Shown: positions 8,225 to 15,079 of the stretch, piece after piece
How positions within the stretch are numbered: the first letter of the stretch is position 1
How the letters are laid out: each line of letters opens with the position of its first letter
Source of the DNA: Telmatocola sphagniphila
GTDB taxonomy: Bacteria > Planctomycetota > Planctomycetia > Gemmatales > Gemmataceae
Length of the DNA: 32,000 nt
Reading direction: 5' to 3'
NCBI RefSeq assembly: GCF_018398935.1
Contig: NZ_CP074694.1
Coordinates: 1,530,001 to 1,562,000, forward strand
Made by a program: the position numbers and the translations under genes
The notes under the pieces: model-generated
What the model was told of the DNA's origin: nothing
The model's input: only the letters and a program-made list of their open reading frames with translations
Database searches by the model: none

Positions 8225-10447
8225 TTAATGGTTGAAAGCAAAGTCTTTGGAATTCAATAACGCCCAGAGAAGATCGGAATAAACCGCTTCCAGAGAGTCT
8301 CCCTCGTTCAACATTTTCTGAACCGTTTGCACTTCTTTTTCCGTGGGAAAGCGAGTCAAACTGCTCAGAAATAACTCCCGAATATTATCCTCGCTTGAAG
8401 CGCCGGTTTTCAGTCGTTGCTTCAATCGTCCAGAATCCGCTTTAAATTTTCGAAGGATCTCTTCACCATTTTGCAAATGCAAAAGTTGGGGAAGTGTGAC
8501 ATCGCCGTTTCGCTCGCAGGCGCAGGCCGTCACTCGCTCCGATTTCCCAAACATCCCCAGGAAAGCATTGTTCGTAATCGCGTCGGGAATTTGAATCGCT
8601 CGAATGCCCTGCGGGTAGCCGTTGTAATTGTCTGGAACGAGCGTTACCTGCGCTATGGCATCGGCCAGGACTTCCGCCGGAAGCCGACGCGCGTAATAAT
8701 GCGAATAAAAACGCTGATCGGTTTCATTTTCCTTGCAGGTGGTTGCAGAAACTTGATAGCTTCGGCTGTTGACTATAATTCTCATCAATTTTCGGAGATC
8801 GTAGCCGTTCTGGATGAATTGCTGGACTAGAAAATTCCAGAGTTCAGGATTACTGGGAGGGTTTGTGGCCCGGATATCATCCACTGGTTCGACCAAACCA
8901 ACCGCGAAGAAATGCTTCCATAGCCGATTCACCATTGCCCCCGCAAAGGCTTCGTTCCTGGGATCCACAATCCAAGCGGCCATTTTTCTTCGAGGATCCT
9001 CGCCGGTCGCTATTTCAGAACTCTTTCGATCCAAGGTTTGTGGCTTCAGAAACTGGCCGGTTCTGGGTTGATTCACGCCGACCGGTTTTTTGTTCTCGTT
9101 TTCATCGGGATGGGAAATTTTGAGTAGGCTCGGCCCTTCCTTGGAATCTTTGCGTTCGATTTTGATGCGAGAGAAATATGCCGCGAAATGATAATAATCG
9201 TCCTGAGTGTATCGCTCCAAGGGATGATTGTGGCATTGAGCACAACCGATCCGGGTGCCCAGAAACGCTTGAGCTACGGAAGCCACTACCTCGGAGCGAT
9301 CCGCATGGCGATTCTCACCGACCGTCACTATGTAATAACCGACTTCGGGATGGTCCTCGGAAGAACCACTCGAGGAAATCACTTCCCGAACCAATTCGTT
9401 CCAGGGGCGATTCCTGGCGACCTGTTCGTGTATCCAGCCGTGAAAAGCCCGAACGCCTTTATTACCGCGAACGTCGTGGTCGCGTTCTTTGCGGTTCTGG
9501 AGAAGGTCATCAAGTTGTAGTGTCCAGAAATCGACAAACTCGGGAGAATTGAGCAATTCTTCAATGAGCCGAGAACGCTTGTCCGCCGAATTGTTTTGAA
9601 GAAATTGTTTGGCTCTTTCCGGTGTTGGGAGTGTGCCGGTCAGATCGAGGCTCACTCGACGCAAAAATTCGGCATCCGTTGTTAAATGGGCAGGTTCTAT
9701 CCCCAACTGATCCAGCTTTTTGAAAATCGCATCATCAATTTGATTGTTACGTAATGTCAGTTTTTCCCGAGGGACGGTATGGCCGCTGGGTACAGTAACC
9801 AATGAGACCGCGACTTCCGTCAAAAACGACGCCCGAATGGCCGTAGCACCCGATCGAAGGACATGAACCAGACCTTTGGGTTCAACCGTGACTTGGCTGG
9901 CGTCGTTCGATTGAAATTGCGTTAGCCAGGTAACTTCCGATTTCTGGCCATTATCCCAACAGGCAAAAACCTGAATCGGATAGGTCTCTCCAGAACGAGA
10001 GATTTTTTCAGACGGGCTGATTTCCAACCGGGTGAGCCTTGGTTCCGTCTTAATCGGTCCCGGAGTGCCCGCTCGAATCCAATTCAAAAGGGTTTGATAT
10101 TCCCGTGAGCCGGTTTCGAAGAGCTTTCCGCCCGCATGAGATCCGTCGCCAATCGATTTCTTCAGAAGTAAGCTTCGCTCGGGAGAGGAACGATCAATTC
10201 GTCGCCCTTCGAATTCCCGGGTAATCGACTGAAAATCCTGATCGGGAGCATAGCCTCGCAGTGAGAGACGAAAGCCGTTCTGCCCCGCACTTTTACCATG
10301 GCAACTGCCCTGATTGCAGCCTTGTCGAGTCAGTAAAGGAATGATCTCGTTTTGAAAAGAAGGAGACTCCTCCGAACGAGCGGGCAGCGGCAAAAGCAGT
10401 AGAACAAAGAGTCCCAACGTATAGGCGGGTGCCCACCAGCGTTGCAT
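8225..10447 (-). CDS. DUF1549/DUF1553 (PSCyt2/PSD1-type) protein with an inserted bacterial Ig-like (Big_2-like) domain
   Basis: 740-aa ORF with signal peptide LGLFVLLLLPLPARS. The N-terminal block is IIPLLTRQGCNQGSCHG. An Ig-like segment follows (LEISPSEK..YPIQVFACWDNGQKSEVTWLTQFQSND). The DUF1549-like block is IDDAIFKKLDQLGIEPAHLTTDAEFLRRVSLDLTGTLPT. The DUF1553-like block is FLGTRIGCAQCHNHPLERYTQDDYYHFAAYF. It sits immediately upstream of a DUF1501 gene, the canonical pairing. Confidence 0.85.
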   Translation of the reverse strand: MQRWWAPAYTLGLFVLLLLPLPARSEESPSFQNEIIPLLTRQGCNQGSCHGKSAGQNGFRLSLRGYAPDQDFQSITREFEGRRIDRSSPERSLLLKKSIGDGSHAGGKLFETGSREYQTLLNWIRAGTPGPIKTEPRLTRLEISPSEKISRSGETYPIQVFACWDNGQKSEVTWLTQFQSNDASQVTVEPKGLVHVLRSGATAIRASFLTEVAVSLVTVPSGHTVPREKLTLRNNQIDDAIFKKLDQLGIEPAHLTTDAEFLRRVSLDLTGTLPTPERAKQFLQNNSADKRSRLIEELLNSPEFVDFWTLQLDDLLQNRKERDHDVRGNKGVRAFHGWIHEQVARNRPWNELVREVISSSGSSEDHPEVGYYIVTVGENRHADRSEVVASVAQAFLGTRIGCAQCHNHPLERYTQDDYYHFAAYFSRIKIERKDSKEGPSLLKISHPDENENKKPVGVNQPRTGQFLKPQTLDRKSSEIATGEDPRRKMAAWIVDPRNEAFAGAMVNRLWKHFFAVGLVEPVDDIRATNPPSNPELWNFLVQQFIQNGYDLRKLMRIIVNSRSYQVSATTCKENETDQRFYSHYYARRLPAEVLADAIAQVTLVPDNYNGYPQGIRAIQIPDAITNNAFLGMFGKSERVTACACERNGDVTLPQLLHLQNGEEILRKFKADSGRLKQRLKTGASSEDNIRELFLSSLTRFPTEKEVQTVQKMLNEGDSLEAVYSDLLWALLNSKDFAFNH

Positions 10448-10471
10448 GGAGTGTCCTTGGAATTAAATGCC

Positions 10472-10510
10472 AAAAAAGGGTGATCAGGTAGGTAATTGAA
10501 TTCTACCTGA
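10472..10510 (-). terminator. Candidate intrinsic terminator after the 10551-12476 CDS
   Basis: On the minus strand an 8-bp stem, TCAGGTAG / CTACCTGA (10503-10510 pairing with 10484-10491), has an 11-nt loop. It is followed after 6 nt by TTTTTT (plus-strand A-run 10472-10477). The spacing to the T-run is not canonical. Confidence 0.45.
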
Positions 10511-10550
10511 GACTCCCCTAGCCCGCAAGTTTAATCCCAGGGGCTGCAAA

Positions 10551-12476
10551 CTACTTATTACCGGGCAATTCTGGGATGAAGCAACCAACGGCGGGCGTCG
10601 TAGTCGCAGTTGGCTTGTCGCCTTTCGCTATCGAACTCAGCACGGCGTAAAGATCTCGCTGATTGGGAGCAGATCGTTTTTTGCCAATAGAGGGATAGCG
10701 ATCATCGATTCGTCCCTTGTAAACAATCGTACCATCCGGGATCACCACTGCTACCTCGGGTGTATGTGTAACAGTAGTAGCTTTGACGAGTCGGTGCTCG
10801 GTATCCCGGATCACCGGAATTTTCAGCTCGTAAGCCTTTTGATGCTTTTTCGCATCCTCTACCGATAGTTCCGGATCGACTTGGATGGCAAAGAATTTGA
10901 TGCTGGAATTGTCAAATTCCTGAGCCATCTTGTTGATTTCCGGGATGTAGCTATTCGCGATCGGGCAATCCGTCGTCGTAAAGATCAGCACATTCGCTTT
11001 GCCTTTGTCCACTTGCAAAGGTTTGTGCTCCTTGCCATCCAGATCGAAGAATGCTTGGCTTTTCGGATCGGAGTTTTTTTTCTGCCCCGGCCCAGGTGAA
11101 GCGTCTTTCCAGAACGCCGGTGGGTCGATCCCCAACTTCTCCCAATGGATCACATCGCCGCGAAATCGGGAGCGCAAACCGGTCTGGAGGACATGGTTGC
11201 GAACTCCATTTCGCAAAGTATCCTTATTCGCTTCCTCGGCGGGCACCATCAGCAGATTGACCTGACCCATTTCGTCCTTCGAACCTTCTCCCCATTCCAC
11301 AGCGATCGGCGGGCTGGAAGGATTTCGTGGATTCTCCGCTGTGTTGTCCCAGGTGACTTCCCCACGAATTTCGGTGCCCTTGGGTAACCGAATGAAATCC
11401 TTGTAGATGTATTGACCCTGCCAGTTGAAATCCCAATCGTGGATCGAGAAGAGCGTTTTTACCTCGCCGTCGGGTAACTTGGCAGTGGTTTTCATCGTTT
11501 TGCCGAGATAGTGAGCGTGCGAACCCGCGCCAAAAACATCCACATCCACTGGCAATTTATAAGAATCGGTTACTTTCAAAGTTTGGCCAGGAGGAATTTG
11601 TACCTTGGAAAAGATGCCGAACGCGGGCGGTAAAGCCAGGTTCACGAGCGTTCGTTCCGGAGGTTTATTCGCGAAGAAAAGACCGACGGTCAGCTCTTCA
11701 TTCACCGCTTTCCCGGCCAGGTGAAAATGTGTCTGCAATACCAGATCGGATCCTTTTTTCAGCGGATAGGCAATTCCTTCGGGAAGCCGAATGGGTGTGG
11801 CCCCCACGGCCCAACCACCCAGACTTCCCGTGGGACGAAAACCCATTCCCTGAAAGCCCGGCTGCCCGGTAGTTTTCTCTTTCGCACGAGCCCGTCCGGA
11901 ATTATCGAGGAAATAGAGAATGTGATGAACGACCTCAGGAGCCGAGGCACGGAATTCCACCGCCGTGACCCATTTATCTTCTTGGATTGGTAAGGGGATC
12001 ACGAAATTTTGATAGATATCAGGTCCTTCCGAAGGAACCTGAAACGGACGGCTCATCTTCACTATTAAATCCGGTTTACCCAGCTGCCAGCCCACTGCGA
12101 ATTTGGGAAGTTCGGGCACTTTCTTGGGGTCTCCCTCAGCCATGCCGGTTTCCACCCACTTTTCAAAGAGGGCAATCTTGTCTTCCGAAAGTCGCCTTTC
12201 GTTTCGGAAGGCATATTCGCCCCGGTCGGGCTGCCATGGTGGCATATAGTGATCCTTAACCACTCGCAGCATGGTTTTGCCATGTTTACGAGTATCGCTG
12301 TAATTTAACAGCGAAAACGGAGCGACTTGTCCCGGCCGATGACAGGAAGTGCAATTTTCAAAAACTAGTGGTGCAATGTGTTCAGAGAAAGTGACCTTCT
12401 CCGGTAAGAGCTCAGCGCCAAAGCCGCCGTGAACCGAACCGAAAAACACGATCAGAAAGACAACTATCTTGGACAT
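10551..12476 (-). CDS. Secreted three-module redox protein: N-terminal CxxCH (planctomycete cytochrome c-like) module, copper type II ascorbate-dependent monooxygenase (PHM/DBH)-like core, and a C-terminal thioredoxin-fold (redoxin/SCO-like) domain
   Basis: 641-aa ORF with signal peptide IVVFLIVFFGSVHGGFGA. The heme motif is FENCTSCHRPGQVAPFSL..MPPW (CxxCH at 12339-12353). Blocks matching the PHM copper sites as I recall them are EVVHHILYF (HH), LVLQTHFHLAG (H), GSHAHYLGK (HxH) and SKDEMGQVNLL (Met). The C-terminal KANVLIFTTTDCPIANSYIPE...FFAIQVDP resembles a redoxin/SCO1-like fold with a single Cys. Confidence 0.7.
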   Translation of the reverse strand: MSKIVVFLIVFFGSVHGGFGAELLPEKVTFSEHIAPLVFENCTSCHRPGQVAPFSLLNYSDTRKHGKTMLRVVKDHYMPPWQPDRGEYAFRNERRLSEDKIALFEKWVETGMAEGDPKKVPELPKFAVGWQLGKPDLIVKMSRPFQVPSEGPDIYQNFVIPLPIQEDKWVTAVEFRASAPEVVHHILYFLDNSGRARAKEKTTGQPGFQGMGFRPTGSLGGWAVGATPIRLPEGIAYPLKKGSDLVLQTHFHLAGKAVNEELTVGLFFANKPPERTLVNLALPPAFGIFSKVQIPPGQTLKVTDSYKLPVDVDVFGAGSHAHYLGKTMKTTAKLPDGEVKTLFSIHDWDFNWQGQYIYKDFIRLPKGTEIRGEVTWDNTAENPRNPSSPPIAVEWGEGSKDEMGQVNLLMVPAEEANKDTLRNGVRNHVLQTGLRSRFRGDVIHWEKLGIDPPAFWKDASPGPGQKKNSDPKSQAFFDLDGKEHKPLQVDKGKANVLIFTTTDCPIANSYIPEINKMAQEFDNSSIKFFAIQVDPELSVEDAKKHQKAYELKIPVIRDTEHRLVKATTVTHTPEVAVVIPDGTIVYKGRIDDRYPSIGKKRSAPNQRDLYAVLSSIAKGDKPTATTTPAVGCFIPELPGNK

Positions 12477-12617
12477 GAAATTACCCTTTACGTCTGTAGC
12501 TCAGGATAGCTTACCTTATTTCAACCCGGAACTTCGCGGTCGGTTACGCAATTCGTAAATTTCCGTGTATCCGCCTGCTAAAATTGCTTAAGAGATTTTT
12601 CCATCAGGGCGTGAGCG

Positions 12618-13169
12618 ATGCTGAGCGATGCGGATAAACGTCGCTTTGAGACCTGGGTAAGAAATGTAAGCCCTCGCGCCATAGTGTACGCTCGTTCTTT
12701 GCTGCAGGATCAGAATCAGGCGGAGGATGTCGTTCAAGAGTGCCTCTATCGGCTTCTTCGCCGATCTGAGCATTATGATCTTGAGAACGACGGGATGAAA
12801 CTCCTCTTCACTTCCATTTCTAACCTGTGCATCAATCAAACTACCCGAAAAAAGTACTTGCTGAGTCTGGATGGAATCAAATCGGGCGATGACCAACCCG
12901 TGGCACTTGCCGATCGCACTGCCCTACCGCCCGAGGTAATCGTTCAGTATCAGGAGACGCAAACTCGCATCCGGGATGCACTTCTGCAACTGCATCCGAT
13001 GCAGAGGGCCGCCGTGGAGTTAAGGGCTTTGGGAATGTCTAAAGAGGAGATTGCTTCGACGCTGGAAATATCGGCGACTAACGCCGGGGTTCTGGTTTAT
13101 CGGGCCAGAAAGGCCCTGTTGGAACGCCTGCCGGACCTTTTTGCGAAAGACTCCAACGAAAGCTTGTAA
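12618..13169 (+). CDS. ECF-type RNA polymerase sigma-70 family factor
   Basis: 183-aa ORF. The region-2-like block is AEDVVQECLYRLLR, and the region-4 HTH is MSKEEIASTLEISATNAGVLVYRARKALLERL. It is followed by a single-pass membrane protein gene. Confidence 0.85.
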   Translation: MLSDADKRRFETWVRNVSPRAIVYARSLLQDQNQAEDVVQECLYRLLRRSEHYDLENDGMKLLFTSISNLCINQTTRKKYLLSLDGIKSGDDQPVALADRTALPPEVIVQYQETQTRIRDALLQLHPMQRAAVELRALGMSKEEIASTLEISATNAGVLVYRARKALLERLPDLFAKDSNESL

Positions 13170-13225
13170 CGGGAGTTCAACGATCGGGTTAATAAGTGGG
13201 TTGAGCGAAGATAGCGAGAAAAACT

Positions 13226-14182
13226 ATGTCTAACCCCTCCCAGGATGAATTTCGAAACGGCCCTTCCGATATGGATCGTATCCTGCGGGAGCATCTGGAT
13301 CGGGAAGCTTCTAAGGTGGATGTGGATACGATCTGGTCTCAAGTTAATAGCCGTCTTGAAAGCGACTCAACTCGAATTTCTGTGGAAGACACGAAAAAGA
13401 CTTCTCGAAAACGGAGGGGCTGGCCTTATTCGATCGGTCTGGTGGCATCGGTCATCCTCCTCTGTTCAGTTTTGATAACGACAAATTCGGTGTCTGCTAC
13501 GCCTTCTCAACTCGTTGAAAAAATTCGGGAAGAGATACCCGTCGGGCAAGATGCGTCGTATCGGTTGCAAGTCGAACTGTCGCCTATCGCCAGGGAATTA
13601 TTTCCTCATCTGGGGGATTCTGTGATTCGGCAAATCTCGACGCGGGGTGTTCGATTTCTCGTCGAACCTGGTTTAGGAGGCCACGGAGTCTGGGGACGGG
13701 ACGGTCTAGGACGGGTCTGGCTGGCTCCGAGAAAAGATTCTGCGATTCGGTTCGAGGAAACCGAACTACCGAAACCGCTGCGAAATCTCGTCAACACGAT
13801 TGGTCTGGAACTCCGGCCGTTATTGGACGAAGTCCTCGTCGATTTCGACCTCTCCTGGGGAGAAAAACAAGAAAATGGCTTGCGTTCCATCGAAGCGAAT
13901 CGGCGTGGAGTGCCGGGAATCTTTGGGGTTCGCAAAGTCACTCTTCTGATTAACGAAACCCAAAATCGAATTGTTTCTTTGAGGGCGACTCGCATCTTGC
14001 CCGGAGGTCACACGGCCGAAGTGCGGATGGAATTCCTGGGTTTTAAAGATCTCACTGAGGCTGATTATGTCGCCGAGACCCACATTGAGGAAGGAGCGAA
14101 GGTCAGCGACCGAACCCATCCGATTCAGCGCCGCCAATTGATGCTCCAATATTTCGGACAGGCATTTCCACCCGAGAATTGA
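13226..14182 (+). CDS. Single-pass membrane protein, putative anti-sigma factor (no zinc-finger motif) with a periplasmic domain of about 230 aa
   Basis: 318-aa ORF located 56 nt downstream of the ECF sigma. It has a cytoplasmic N-terminus of about 65 aa, one TM helix (WPYSIGLVASVILLCSVLITT) and a large C-terminal ectodomain. That ectodomain appears alignable with the ectodomain of the anti-sigma at 22130-23074. The anti-sigma role is inferred from position and topology only. Confidence 0.5.
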   Translation: MSNPSQDEFRNGPSDMDRILREHLDREASKVDVDTIWSQVNSRLESDSTRISVEDTKKTSRKRRGWPYSIGLVASVILLCSVLITTNSVSATPSQLVEKIREEIPVGQDASYRLQVELSPIARELFPHLGDSVIRQISTRGVRFLVEPGLGGHGVWGRDGLGRVWLAPRKDSAIRFEETELPKPLRNLVNTIGLELRPLLDEVLVDFDLSWGEKQENGLRSIEANRRGVPGIFGVRKVTLLINETQNRIVSLRATRILPGGHTAEVRMEFLGFKDLTEADYVAETHIEEGAKVSDRTHPIQRRQLMLQYFGQAFPPEN

Positions 14183-14249
14183 CTGCATTGGCTCAAATCC
14201 AAAATTCTCTGCGCGATTGTGGAACAATCCGGATCTTTCCCCACAATAC

Positions 14250-14972
14250 ATGGGCATGTCGCAGAGCAATTTTTTATCGACGCACTGGAGCATGGTTCTG
14301 CGTGCCGGTGCCAAAGATCAATCGGGGAACGAAGAAGCTCTCTCTTTCCTCTGCGAACGGTATTGGTACCCTCTTTATGTCTTCGTACGCCGTAAAGGTG
14401 TGCCGACCGAACAGGCAGAGGATGCCACCCAAAGTTTTTTTACCCGATTGATTCAGAAACAGATTCTGGAACATGCCCTGCCCTCACGCGGCCGTTTTCG
14501 ATCCTTTCTTATGACGTCGATGCAAAATTTTTTAAGCAACGAATGGGATAAGGCTCGCACCGAAAAACGAGGCGGTGGAAGAAAACTGTTTTCCTTTGAT
14601 GTCAATGAGGGTGAGTCCAAGCTCGGATTGGAGCCTTCCCATCAATTGACGCCGGAGAAAATTTTTGACCGGGCTTGGGCGATTCAACTTCTCGAACTGG
14701 TGGTTCGACGACTAAAAAAAGAGCAACTTACCAGGAAGAAGGGAGCGGAATTCGAGATCCTAAGCCCTTTCTTAGCCGGCCGATTTGCCGCCGAATCGTA
14801 CGAGCAGGCAGCCCAGCAGTTAGGCATATCCAGCGAAGCCACACGTCAGGCGGCCTCTCGACTCCGAAAACGGTATCGGGAATTGCTGAGAGAAGAAGTA
14901 GCGCAAACCGTTTCAGCCAAAGAAGATATCGAGGACGAGATATTGAAACTTTTTGAAGCGCTTTCCGCATGA
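14250..14972 (+). CDS. ECF sigma factor of the Ser/Thr-kinase-associated (ECF43-like) type
   Basis: The ORF track starts at TTG 14217, while the ATG at 14250 gives MGMSQSNFLSTHWSMVLRAG. Supporting blocks are LCERYWYPLYVFVRRKG, AEDATQSFF, GRFRSFLMTSMQNFL, KRGGG, the region-4 HTH YEQAAQQLGISSEATRQAASRLRKRYRELL and a C-terminal acidic tail. No anti-sigma follows; a Hanks kinase gene is next. Confidence 0.8.
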   Translation: MGMSQSNFLSTHWSMVLRAGAKDQSGNEEALSFLCERYWYPLYVFVRRKGVPTEQAEDATQSFFTRLIQKQILEHALPSRGRFRSFLMTSMQNFLSNEWDKARTEKRGGGRKLFSFDVNEGESKLGLEPSHQLTPEKIFDRAWAIQLLELVVRRLKKEQLTRKKGAEFEILSPFLAGRFAAESYEQAAQQLGISSEATRQAASRLRKRYRELLREEVAQTVSAKEDIEDEILKLFEALSA

Positions 14973-15079
14973 GCCTCCGATTTCCCCCCGCTTAAAAAAA
15001 CTGGGAAATTATACTGTCACAATTTCCTGATTTCGCTTTATGTCAGCTCAGGATCGCTTTTTTTGAGGGATACTAAGTC

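Noticed and set aside
8214-8241. A 17-nt overlap between the DUF1553 stop (8225) and the track's TTG start (8241) of the DUF1501 gene
   Set aside because: The in-frame ATG at 8214 places the twin-arginine motif at a normal distance from the N-terminus and removes the overlap. The TTG extension is therefore probably not translated. The genes are still only 10 nt apart.
12498-12507. Shared motif AGCTCAGGAT(A/C)GCTT at 12498-12512 and 15045-15059, upstream of the sigma block and of the kinase gene
   Set aside because: Only a 10-mer is exact. Even when the comparison is restricted to the roughly 2 kb of intergenic DNA, about one or two such matches are expected by chance. There is no dyad symmetry.
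12528-12558. Possible ECF-type promoter (GGAAC ... CGTAA) upstream of the 12618 sigma gene
   Set aside because: The GGAAC (12528-12532) and CGT (12554-12556) elements are separated by 21 nt. This is longer than the roughly 16-17 nt typical of ECF promoters, so the sequence alone does not support it.
15004-15027. Small AT-rich hairpin GGAAATT-N10-AATTTCC after the 14972 stop, as a terminator separating the sigma and kinase genes
   Set aside because: The stem is only 7 bp, mostly A/T, and no T-run follows it. This is insufficient to call a terminator, so the sigma and kinase are treated as probably co-transcribed.
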